NCBI GenBank assembly: GCA_016208805.1
Contig: JACQXL010000097.1
Span: 2,780-35,167 of the forward strand
Source of the DNA: Planctomycetota bacterium
GTDB lineage: Bacteria > Planctomycetota > MHYJ01 > JACQXL01
Direction of reading: 5' to 3'
Length of the DNA: 32,388 bases
Below, one piece after another: positions 1 to 9,099 of the stretch; the first letter of the stretch is position 1; the number at the start of each line of letters is the position of its first letter. The notes beneath the pieces were generated by a model. It was not told where the DNA came from and ran no database searches. It saw only the letters and a list, made by a program, of their open reading frames with translations. The translations under genes were made by a program, and so were the position numbers.

Positions 1-1001
1 ATAACGGCGGATAGTGCCAGCAGATGGAAGGGTAAAATCGCCCCGATAAACTCTTTCCCGAATAATAAGGGGACAAGCCACGGTGATAAAACCATTAACA
101 CCATTGCGCTCAAAATGGTTAAATAAAGACATATTCTACAGGACTTAGCCGCCAAACGGGCACTTTCCTCTAAATTCTTAAGTGATGCAACAGTCGGAAA
201 AAGGACTGTTACTACAGAAAGGTTAATATAGCCCAATACCCCTTGAAGAGTAGTAGCAATAGCATAAATGCCTACGGCAACCGGTCCGCTCAGATAGTTT
301 AATAATAGAATGGTTAATTGGCCAGCCGAGACCTGCATAATGTTTCCCAGATGCCCCTTCAATCCAAAAGAGAAACTTCTATACAATGCTTCTATTTTGT
401 ATGTAGCATTTAAAAGCGATATTCTTAACTTCCAGATAAAATACCCTAAGTGAATGACCAATCCCAGAAGACCTGTGGCAAGCGCTACTATAAGGGCTGT
501 TTTCACTTCAGGATATAAAAGCAGAAAAATGATATTCCCGCCTGCCATAAAGATACGGATTACGATAGTAAGCATATTAAAGGCGCCGAATCTTTGCATC
601 CCCCGCAACAGATTATTCAGGTGGCCACTGCTAAGCGAAAAGGGAATAGATAATACCCCCAGTAATATTAAATACCCGCTTATCCCCTGTAATAAAGAGG
701 GAATAAATAAATATAACACGCCGCTGATAGCAACAAGAAGAATGCTTGCCCCAAACCCCATTATTAAAGAGTTCCATATTAAGGTTGAGATATGGTAAAG
801 TTTTTGACCGGCAAAATAGACATTAGACATACCGATGCCCATTTCACCAATCAGGGAAAGCAACCCGACCAATGACATAACTACCGCCAGAATACCTCTT
901 TTTTCAGGTCCTAATAACCGCGCCAGGACAATAGCGCTTGCCATTGATAGCACAAACAGAATAATGTTAGAAACAAAAGTTATAATTGTGGCGCGAACCA
1001 T
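1..1001 (-). CDS. wzx: Wzx-type oligosaccharide flippase (3' end outside window)
   Basis: Not in the ORF track. Manual translation from ATG at 1001 gives MVRATIITFVSNIILFVLSMASAIVLARLLGPEKRGILA..., a hydrophobic protein with the typical 'ARLLGPE..G' Wzx N-terminus. It starts 2 nt after the GT4 stop. Confidence 0.85.
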   Translation of the reverse strand, partial: MVRATIITFVSNIILFVLSMASAIVLARLLGPEKRGILAVVMSLVGLLSLIGEMGIGMSNVYFAGQKLYHISTLIWNSLIMGFGASILLVAISGVLYLFIPSLLQGISGYLILLGVLSIPFSLSSGHLNNLLRGMQRFGAFNMLTIVIRIFMAGGNIIFLLLYPEVKTALIVALATGLLGLVIHLGYFIWKLRISLLNATYKIEALYRSFSFGLKGHLGNIMQVSAGQLTILLLNYLSGPVAVGIYAIATTLQGVLGYINLSVVTVLFPTVASLKNLEESARLAAKSCRICLYLTILSAMVLMVLSPWLVPLLFGKEFIGAILPFHLLALSAV

Positions 1002-1003
1002 TT

Positions 1004-2164
1004 TTATCTTTTGACCTCTCTATATATTTTATCTAATTGCTTTCCGATAACTTCACAACTAAATCGTTCCCGGACATAGCGGGACATTTCTTGCGGTTTA
1101 TATTCCTGATAATGGTCAAGCATATAGTCAATGGCTTGGGCTAAAGCCGTAACATCCTTAGGCGGGACAAAAAGAGCCATCTCGTCAGTTAAGTGTTCTC
1201 TAAAGGCGTCTAAGTCGCTGACAATAACCGGTTTGCCAGTTGCCAATGCCTCATAAGGCACTATCCCAAATGTCTCATACAAACTGGGTTGCACCAGGAA
1301 GTCGCATTCCTGCATAAAGTTAGCCACTTCTGGTTTTGTCTTAAAGCCGTGAAATTTTACTATTTGCGAAAGGTTAAGTTGGCGGGTTAATTGTTCATAT
1401 TCAGAACGATTTGGCCCATCACCAACGATATCCAGAACAAAGTCCTTTCGCCTCTGGTAGAGCACAGACAACGCATCTAAAAGATAAGGGATTCCTTTTA
1501 TCGCTACTAATAATGCAACTAATAGTATCTTTTTCGTAGTCCTGTCAGTTTTTGAGTAACAAGAAGGTGGCCGGAATGTGGCGATATCCACAATATTCGG
1601 AATAATTCTGAATTGGGAACGGACTCCGAGTGCTCTAATGTCTTTGGCAAGGACATTACTGACCGGTAAGATGAATTTAGAGTGATTCATTACCAGGCGG
1701 GCTTTTTGCCTTTCAATATATGACATTGGCGGATAACCCGCAAAGGTAGACCACTGTTCGGTAATTATCACCGGAATCCTGTAAAACTTCCCTAAAAGCA
1801 CAGCAGGTAATCCGGAAGAATAAATATGAATATGAATGATATCCGGTTTGCCTGCATTTTTGATTAGATAGCGGAATGCCCTGAAAATACTCCAGTAATA
1901 AATAAGAAAGTTGGTCTTGGGAATAGGCGAGCGAGGAAAATGCACCCTGATAACTCTTATGCCGTCCTCTATCGTGTCCGAACATTCATAAAACCCTTCA
2001 ATGGATGTTTTAATCCCGGCGACATATATAACCATCACATCGTTATAAGGGGAAACGGCTTTAGCGTGTTCTTTAACAAAAACACCTGCCGCAGGATTTT
2101 TCTCGTTCGGATACAGATCAGTAACGAATAAAACCTTCAAACGGGAATTAATTTGTTTAGACAT
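1004..2164 (-). CDS. GT4 family glycosyltransferase
   Basis: GT-B fold motifs: KGIPYLL, IVGDGP, PSLYETFGIVPYEALATGKPVI (EX7E). Confidence 0.93.
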   Translation of the reverse strand: MSKQINSRLKVLFVTDLYPNEKNPAAGVFVKEHAKAVSPYNDVMVIYVAGIKTSIEGFYECSDTIEDGIRVIRVHFPRSPIPKTNFLIYYWSIFRAFRYLIKNAGKPDIIHIHIYSSGLPAVLLGKFYRIPVIITEQWSTFAGYPPMSYIERQKARLVMNHSKFILPVSNVLAKDIRALGVRSQFRIIPNIVDIATFRPPSCYSKTDRTTKKILLVALLVAIKGIPYLLDALSVLYQRRKDFVLDIVGDGPNRSEYEQLTRQLNLSQIVKFHGFKTKPEVANFMQECDFLVQPSLYETFGIVPYEALATGKPVIVSDLDAFREHLTDEMALFVPPKDVTALAQAIDYMLDHYQEYKPQEMSRYVRERFSCEVIGKQLDKIYREVKR

Positions 2165-2167
2165 CGT

Positions 2168-3241
2168 TTAATCCTTTACCAACTGATATGACTTACAATG
2201 CCGGTCATAGTGGGACCTGATTTTCCCTGTCTGTTTAGAAGAAGGAATAAACTCGGTTCGCCACACATTACATTTAGAACAAAGTATTTCAGGCCCAAAG
2301 GTATTAGTCAGTGCCGCGTATCTCAAGGAAGTAAAAGGTTTGCTTTGCCAAACTTCAATTATCTTCTGTTTGGTTATATTACCCAAAACATTAATGCCTG
2401 CAATATCATAACAGCAGGTCGTGACATCACCATTCCAGAGTATTGCAAGATAAAAAAAAGGGAAATTACAATATTTTTTCTGGTTGGTCGGCTGGTCAAA
2501 AAAAGTCATTCTGTTTATAACCTCTAAGTTTTCATTCTGGCAGGGTTCAATTACCACACAATCTACAATATTAACCCAGCGGTTTATGAATTCTGTTATC
2601 TCCACTGGTGTATGTTCTGAAACGGTTAAGTTAGTAATAATCTGTGGCTTGGTGTAAGCACCACGTTTTCTTATCAGGTTAATGATATTTCGTGCAACAA
2701 TATTATAATTAGAACCGACCCGGATTGACTGGTGTCTCTCTCGTAACCCGTCAAGACTAATCGTAATTCTATCAATTCTGTTATTCACGATTGCTTGTGC
2801 CACATCATCAGTAAGTAACATACCATTAGTATTAAAACCGATTTGGAATACTTTTTTAGATGCGGCATACTCCAGCATCTTGGCGAATTTATTGTGAAGC
2901 ATACTTTCTCCACCGAAATTCAACCCTAATTCTATCACATAATTCAGTTGGGAAAGTTCATCAATGATTTTTTTGTACAAAGCCCATTCCATAACGCCTT
3001 TCTGACGAGGTTGATATAATAATGGTCTTTGGGCATAGCAAGTTTTACAATGTAAATTGCAGAAATTGGTTGGCTCAATAGCCACAGCGAATAATCTGGG
3101 AGTGAAGATGTTCGCGATTTTAGGAACATATTCCATTGATTTTCTCATAATGCGCCGGTAGGCGCCGGATGCAAGATGAGAGAAACTCCTTCCTTTATAA
3201 GTTCTATAAATGCTCCCTATTTTACTGAAGATGTCTTTCAT
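2168..3241 (-). CDS. Radical SAM protein with SPASM/Twitch domain
   Basis: CNLHCKTC (CX3CX2C), GGE, NTNG and ISLDG motifs; C-terminal C..PF...TTCCYD..LGN...CSKC. Start placed at ATG 3241, which avoids overlap with the upstream gene (track start 3259). Confidence 0.9.
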   Translation of the reverse strand: MKDIFSKIGSIYRTYKGRSFSHLASGAYRRIMRKSMEYVPKIANIFTPRLFAVAIEPTNFCNLHCKTCYAQRPLLYQPRQKGVMEWALYKKIIDELSQLNYVIELGLNFGGESMLHNKFAKMLEYAASKKVFQIGFNTNGMLLTDDVAQAIVNNRIDRITISLDGLRERHQSIRVGSNYNIVARNIINLIRKRGAYTKPQIITNLTVSEHTPVEITEFINRWVNIVDCVVIEPCQNENLEVINRMTFFDQPTNQKKYCNFPFFYLAILWNGDVTTCCYDIAGINVLGNITKQKIIEVWQSKPFTSLRYAALTNTFGPEILCSKCNVWRTEFIPSSKQTGKIRSHYDRHCKSYQLVKD

Positions 3242-3243
3242 TA

Positions 3244-4044
3244 TTATACTTTCTGGCAAATTACCAATTGTGTTGATGGCTTTTTTGTCAGCATCCGGGT
3301 AAACAAAACCTCAAGGGGATAAAGAATTAGTCCTATAATATAACCGGCTAATTCATTTCGTTGTATAATATTTTCAAATCTATACCAGAGCGCTATTCTC
3401 CACCTGTGCGGTGAATTAAAGGGAATAGCCATCAGGATAAAAATGGGGGACTGACGCAGAACCCGAAACCCCATTTGCGAAAGGATGTCTTTAACCCAGC
3501 CCTCAGGACGCCAGACCTCTTGATAGGTTCGGAAAATATTCCTCTGCATAAGAGCATCCGAAAAAATAAAATAGCCGTCTGGTTTAAGTAGCCGGCTAAT
3601 ATTTTTCAGGGCGCTTTGGTAATGCTGGTCGTCCACGATATGTCCTAATACATCAAAAGCCGTTACCACATCAATGGATGCTGATTTTATGACAGAATCT
3701 GGCAGGGGAGTCCCGATATCCAGGTTATGGAAGGCAAATTCTGGATATTTTGCGGCAAGCATTTTTACTGATGTCGGTGCAATATCTATTCCACTCATTG
3801 ACTTAACGCCTAATCGTTGCCATAAATCAATATAGAAACCCGTGCCGCAACCGATGTCTAATACGCGAAGGTTGTGGTAATCTAACTTAAGGGCTTGAAT
3901 TGACCTCAGGAAAACAGTTTTTCTTAGCCGATATAACCACCTGTTATAGCATTGTCCCAGTTTCGTATGTCCGACACCCTTTAGCCCCGGATAGGTCTGT
4001 AGCCGTTTATCCCAGTATTCCCTGGAGTTAAGATGTTCCTGCAT
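3244..4044 (-). CDS. Class I SAM-dependent methyltransferase
   Basis: VLDIGCGTG, GIDIA, DVVTAFDVLGHI and LLKPDGYFI motifs. Confidence 0.92.
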   Translation of the reverse strand: MQEHLNSREYWDKRLQTYPGLKGVGHTKLGQCYNRWLYRLRKTVFLRSIQALKLDYHNLRVLDIGCGTGFYIDLWQRLGVKSMSGIDIAPTSVKMLAAKYPEFAFHNLDIGTPLPDSVIKSASIDVVTAFDVLGHIVDDQHYQSALKNISRLLKPDGYFIFSDALMQRNIFRTYQEVWRPEGWVKDILSQMGFRVLRQSPIFILMAIPFNSPHRWRIALWYRFENIIQRNELAGYIIGLILYPLEVLFTRMLTKKPSTQLVICQKV

Positions 4045-4084
4045 TAAACAGTTTCTCCTTATAGTTCACTATCTGAACAGATAA

Positions 4085-4218
4085 TACAAGTGGTTTCATA
4101 AGGTTCGGACACCCCCCTTAATCCCCCCTTATACCCCCCTTTCTCCCCCCTTATTAAGGGGGGAATTAGGGGGGTGTTGGGGTGTTTTCCCTCTGAAGGA
4201 CTTATGAAACCACTTCTA
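4085..4218. mobile_element. MITE-like element with 15-bp TIR, TA at both ends, C-/G-rich internal palindrome
   Basis: AAGTGGTTTCATAAG (4088-4102) and CTTATGAAACCACTT (4201-4215) form a perfect inverted repeat. TA lies at 4085-86 and 4217-18. Interior CACCCCCCTTAATCCCCCCTT...AAGGGGGGAATTAGGGGGGTG. Confidence 0.7.
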
Positions 4219-4267
4219 CTATCTACTGCATAATCCCTCTTAGCGGAATGGGTTGCGACCTTATGGA

Positions 4268-4999
4268 TTATTTTTTTACGCGGACGATATAAATTAAGCA
4301 CCAACCATGTTTGTCGCCCTTCATAAATAAATAAAAGAAAGGTAGCATTATGTTACGCCAAAGAGTAAATTTTGATATAATTCGCCAGTTCGGAAAATGT
4401 ACCAGAGGCAGTGTGCCACCCGAACCTTTATAAATTATCTCTAACTCATTTTTCTGAAATATTATCTCTAATTCCTTACCGGTCAAGGGATTAATATGAC
4501 CGTATTTTAGCGACTCATCATCCAAAAAGTGCTCAAAAACACCGCTTCTTAAAAAGACATAACGTGATAGAAATGATGTAACATTAGGCGTTGTCAGAAC
4601 TATGATACCCCCCGGTTTCACTAAGGTTACACACTGCTGTATAAATTGCCAGGGATTGTAAAGATGTTCTATAACTTCCAAAGCGATTAACCCGTCATAC
4701 TTCTTTTGGAAATTATTAGTGAAGTTTTGATGTAGGTCTATAAAGGTTATGGCTATATTCTTGGTTTTGAATTGTTTTGTATCTACATCGCAGGCATCAA
4801 CATTGTAGCCGTGGTCAATGAGTCGTAAAGAAAAAGCCCCTTCACCCGCCCCCATATCTAATACAGAAGCAGGTGGCGGTAAATATTTCTTGATTAATTC
4901 CATAACCTGTCCATGCAAACCCTCACGGTCATGAATGAGAATACCCTTATAATACTCAAGAGGAATTGTACCAAATTGAATCAATTTTAAGTTTTTCAT
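4268..4999 (-). CDS. Class I SAM-dependent methyltransferase
   Basis: VLDMGAGEG, LEVIEHL and VKPGGIIVLTTPN motifs; ATGA overlap with the upstream GT4 gene. Confidence 0.92.
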   Translation of the reverse strand: MKNLKLIQFGTIPLEYYKGILIHDREGLHGQVMELIKKYLPPPASVLDMGAGEGAFSLRLIDHGYNVDACDVDTKQFKTKNIAITFIDLHQNFTNNFQKKYDGLIALEVIEHLYNPWQFIQQCVTLVKPGGIIVLTTPNVTSFLSRYVFLRSGVFEHFLDDESLKYGHINPLTGKELEIIFQKNELEIIYKGSGGTLPLVHFPNWRIISKFTLWRNIMLPFFYLFMKGDKHGWCLIYIVRVKK

Positions 5000-6144
5000 A
5001 AATGGACCACTATACTTTGATAGATATTATTAAATTGTGTTCCGATTATCTCATAACTAAATTTATTCCGAACATATTGAGCAAGTTGCTCCGGATTGTA
5101 TTCCTGATAATGGTCAAGCATATAGTCAATGGCTTGGGCTAAAGCCGTAACATCCTTTGGTGGAACAAAAAGAGCCATCTCGTTAGTTAAGTGTTCTCTA
5201 AAGGCGTCTAAGTCGCTGACAATAACCGGTTTGCCAGTTGCCAATGCCTCATAAGGCGCTATCCCAAATGTTTCATACAAACTGGGCTGAACTAAAAAAT
5301 CACACTTTCTTATGAACTCCGCCACCTCGTTTTTTGGCCGTATGCCTTGGAACCGCACCATATCACCTAAACCAAGTTTGGCAGTTAACCGCTCATATTC
5401 CGCACGATAATTTCCATCTCCAACGATATCTAAAAAGAAATCATCCCTTTTATTAGCCAAGCGGTCTAATGCCCTTAAAAGATAAGGAATACCCTTAACG
5501 GCTTCTAATAGTCCCACAAATAGAATCTTTTTTGCACCCTGCATTTGTGTTGGAGTATGTGCCGGATAGAACAGTTCAGTATCTACAACATTGGGAATAA
5601 CACACTGCCGGCGAGGTTTCATTGAGCCGGCAATATATCTGCCAAGATATTCGCTGACAGGCAGGACGACTTTAGCATTTTTCATAACAAAACGTGCCGC
5701 CTGGCTATTAACACCTTTCAATGACGGGTATCCTACAAATCCCGAATAATGTTCTGTGATAACCAGTGGTATCCGATATATTTTACTTAAGATGACAGCG
5801 GGAACACCCGCAAAACATACATTTAGATGGATAATATCCGGTCTAAAGCCATCTTTGATTAACCTGCGGAATATTTTTAGCATACCCCAGCAATGGAATA
5901 TGAAATCGGTCATGGGAACCGGTGACCGGCGATAATTGAGACGAATGGTCCGGATACCATCTTCTATCCGGTCCGAATATTCGTAAAGGCATTTGATTGG
6001 TTTCTTAGCCCTTTCGGGATAAATAACCACTACATCATTATAAAGGGAAACGGCTTTAACGTGCCTCCGGATAAAGATACCGGCCGCAAGATTCTCATCG
6101 GTCGGATACCATCCGGCGATAAATAGTATTTTTAAGCGGTTCAT
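4996..6144 (-). CDS. GT4 family glycosyltransferase (paralog of 1004-2164)
   Basis: Same motifs as 1004-2164; PSLYETFGIAPYEALATGKPVI. Confidence 0.93.
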   Translation of the reverse strand: MNRLKILFIAGWYPTDENLAAGIFIRRHVKAVSLYNDVVVIYPERAKKPIKCLYEYSDRIEDGIRTIRLNYRRSPVPMTDFIFHCWGMLKIFRRLIKDGFRPDIIHLNVCFAGVPAVILSKIYRIPLVITEHYSGFVGYPSLKGVNSQAARFVMKNAKVVLPVSEYLGRYIAGSMKPRRQCVIPNVVDTELFYPAHTPTQMQGAKKILFVGLLEAVKGIPYLLRALDRLANKRDDFFLDIVGDGNYRAEYERLTAKLGLGDMVRFQGIRPKNEVAEFIRKCDFLVQPSLYETFGIAPYEALATGKPVIVSDLDAFREHLTNEMALFVPPKDVTALAQAIDYMLDHYQEYNPEQLAQYVRNKFSYEIIGTQFNNIYQSIVVHL

Positions 6145-6145
6145 C

Positions 6146-7904
6146 TCATTTCCCCCAGAAGACCCTTAGCCACAGTTCAAGGTTTATCCATTTCCAGAGA
6201 TTGGTGATGCGCGGTAAATCGTCCGATAAGGTCGACTCTATCATATCAATAACTGATTTTGGGTTAACAAAATCATTGCTGAGAGAAGTATTGTTAAAGA
6301 GGTCGGTAATTGTCTTCTTGTTTTCTTTCAACCAGTTTACCTCCGGGGTGCCGAATCCGATTTTATCACGTCTGTTTCTGACCGCATCGGGCAGGATACC
6401 CTTCATCGCCTGTCGCAGAACCCATTTTGTTAAACCATCACTTATTTTGTAGTTTGCCGGCAGGGAGAATATAAATTCAACCAGCCGGTGGTCCAGGAAC
6501 GGAACGCGCAACAGGCCGGAGGACAGATACTGCACGGTTAAACGGCGACTTTGAAGGTAACAGTTTATTTATAAACTGCCGGCTAATTGATTTTATAAAG
6601 GAAGGACAAGTTTTATAAATGGTATGCAGTAAAACCCATTTCTTATTAAAACTACTATTCTTAATTTCCCGATATGCCTGTGTAATTCTAAATGCATTGA
6701 TTAATTGAGCAATGAATGTTCCCTGATATGACCCATAACCTGCCATCAATTCATCACCGCCCTGCCCGTCAAGTAAGACCTTGACTCCATTGTTGGCGGT
6801 TAGTTTCATAACCGACCACTGGGCATAGATTGAGGTTGAGCCGAACGGCTCATCCTGATGCCAGATAAGACGCTCCAGGTCGGTCCAGAGACCCTGTCCG
6901 TTTGGGAAGGTCAGGTGACTTTCCGCGCCGGTCTGGTTTAACACCTCTTTGATGAACCGTCGTTCATCAACCCGTGGGTCGTCATAACAGGCAGAGAATG
7001 TCTTCTGGTGCCGGCCGATTAATTCCGGCTTGATTATCTTGTTATCGCGGATAAGGTTATTCGCCAGGCAAACAATAGAGGAAGAATCCAGCCCGCCGCT
7101 CAGGCAGGTGCCAACCGGCACATCACTCCTGAGACGGAGCCGAACAGAATCTTCTAAAAGGTTCTTGAAGCGGTCAGTGATATCTTTTCCATTCAATGAG
7201 TTATCGTTGAATCGATGATTAACAGCAATATCCCACCACTTATTAACTTCTAAACATCTGTCGGGATTGATGGTCAAGTAATGTGCCGGTCGTAATTGCT
7301 TAATCTGATGGAAAAATGTTTCTTCACTATGGTCAATCAGACCGGTGGTCAAATAATCGTAGATGATTGTTTCATCAGGTTTCCTGGGGACGGCCGGGTG
7401 AGTCAGGATTGATTTAATCTCGGAAGCGAAGACAAAGGTTTTGCCGTCCCAGAAGTAATAGAACGGTTTGATGCCGAAATGGTCCCGGGCGCAGAATAAT
7501 CGTCTCCGTTTTGAATTCCAGATGGCAAACGCCCACATTCCGTTAAAGTGCCGCAGGCAGTCTTCGCCCCATTCTTCATAGGCGTGAATAATGACCTCGG
7601 TATCCGTATCGGAACGGAAGCGGTGGCCAAGTTTCTGGAGTTCGGAGCGAAGTTCTATATAGTTATATATCTCACCGTTATAGGTAATCCAGATGGTCTG
7701 GTTCTCATTGGACATTGGCTGATGGCCAGCAGGAGAAAGGTCAATGATAGAAAGCCGTCTGTTGGCCAGGCCGACGAAAGGTGATTGCTGATTTAAGTAG
7801 ATGCCTTCGTCATCCGGGCCGCGGTGGGCCAGGGCATCGTTCATCCGTTTGACGACGTCCTTGTCAACAGGTTCGTTAGAATATATTCCACAGATTCCAC
7901 ACAT
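6146..7904 (-). pseudogene. asnB: AsnB-type glutamine-hydrolysing amidotransferase, frameshifted and internally deleted
   Basis: MCGICG N-terminus with HRGPD, NGEIYN, LSGGLDSS and DGQGGDE in 6477-7904. The C-terminal RVPFLDHRLVE...KIGFGTP part is in another frame (6146-6535). The usual 'YEDRxSMAxSLE' segment is absent. Confidence 0.75.
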
Positions 7905-7910
7905 AATTAG

Positions 7911-8858
7911 TCATAAGGTTGGCGAATTATTTCTGGACGATAACGCAACGCAGTTTTTGCCCTTCCGTTTTGCCTCGTAAAGGGCGGTATCAGCATAACG
8001 GATTAGTTCCGTACCGTCTTTGACCTCAGGAGAATAATAACATACGCCAAGACTGACTGTGAGATGAAATGGCTCTTTGGCGTTACAGCCGCGGAACGGG
8101 TAACTCTGAATCGCCTTGCGGATATTTTCAGCCATTTGATGCGATTCCCGGCTGTTGGTCTCCGGCAGGATAATCAGGAATTCCTCGCCGCCGTAACGGG
8201 CCGGAACGTCAACCGGGCGGATGTGATTCATAATCAGCCGGGCAATCTGCTGGAGACCTTCATCGCCGGATAAATGACCGCAGGTATCGTTGTAGTTCTT
8301 GAAGTCGTCAATATCCATCATAATTACAGACAACTGATGGTTGAACTGCCGGGCCCGGCTGATTTCCTGTTCAATGCGTTCCTTGATATACGCCTGGTTA
8401 TACAGGTCGGTTAGCCCGTCCTTCATCGCCAGCCGGACAAGTTTCTTATTGGCCTCGGCCAATTCCCGGGCATATTTATCCGCCTCTTCCATCTTGTGCT
8501 GGAGTTCCTGGAAGACGCCCGTAAAATAATGGCTGAGTTTTTCCACTTCGTTGCCGGTGACCAGTTTTATGTCATCGCGCACCACCCGGCTGTATGATTG
8601 TTCCGTCTGTTCGGCCAGTTGCACGATGGAAGAAACCGAACGGTAGAGCAACATCAGCCCGGCCAGCGACATCACAATCAGGCCGCCGCCGCCCAAGAGC
8701 AGGGTTATCCGTCCGGCAAATGACTGGTTTAATCTGGGGAGCAACGATGATAGGGAGTCATTGCTGGCCAGATAAACCATGAATAACAGCGGAATAACCG
8801 ATAATAATGTATAGGCAATCCAGATTTTGGATTTGAGGCGCTTCTGGTAGATGCTCAT
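7911..8858 (-). CDS. Membrane-anchored diguanylate cyclase
   Basis: Two N-terminal TM helices, a coiled coil, DGLT, DIDDFK, RPVD I-site and RYGGEEF. Confidence 0.93.
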   Translation of the reverse strand: MSIYQKRLKSKIWIAYTLLSVIPLLFMVYLASNDSLSSLLPRLNQSFAGRITLLLGGGGLIVMSLAGLMLLYRSVSSIVQLAEQTEQSYSRVVRDDIKLVTGNEVEKLSHYFTGVFQELQHKMEEADKYARELAEANKKLVRLAMKDGLTDLYNQAYIKERIEQEISRARQFNHQLSVIMMDIDDFKNYNDTCGHLSGDEGLQQIARLIMNHIRPVDVPARYGGEEFLIILPETNSRESHQMAENIRKAIQSYPFRGCNAKEPFHLTVSLGVCYYSPEVKDGTELIRYADTALYEAKRKGKNCVALSSRNNSPTL

Positions 8859-8914
8859 TAGGATTTCTTAACAGGTTTTGGGCGTCCTGTAAATATTTTT
8901 AGTCCTTTTTTGTA

Positions 8915-8943
8915 TTGACAGGTAGACAGATATGAGATATGAA
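8915..8943 (+). promoter_or_regulatory. Possible sigma70 promoter for the HEAT-aroC-ABC operon
   Basis: TTGACA-N17-TATGAA in the divergent intergenic region. Confidence 0.35.
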
Positions 8944-8952
8944 ATACAGGAT

Positions 8953-9099
8953 ATGCATCGCAAATTGATAAGCATTATGGTAATTCCGGGATTGTTCTTT
9001 GCCTTGAGCACCTGCCGGAGCAAGGAGTTGATACCTACCCTGGAGAGCGGCAAGGTGCCCGGCGATAAGATAGCGCCGATTGAAACCTACAGCGAATGA
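8953..9099 (+). CDS. Short ORF with lipoprotein signal peptide; probably the out-of-frame 5' end of the HEAT gene
   Basis: Manual translation MHRKLISIMVIPGLFFALSTCRSKELIPTLESGKVPGDKIAPIETYSE*; lipobox-like LSTC. Overlaps the 9080 ORF in another frame. Confidence 0.5.
   Translation: MHRKLISIMVIPGLFFALSTCRSKELIPTLESGKVPGDKIAPIETYSE

Noticed and set aside
454-798. Plus-strand 114-aa ORF
   Set aside because: It is the antisense shadow of the Wzx gene. The same applies to most short nested ORFs in the track.
4059-4304. 81-aa ORF (also 14809-15060 and 31077-31280)
   Set aside because: These are translations of repeat elements, with no independent coding signal.
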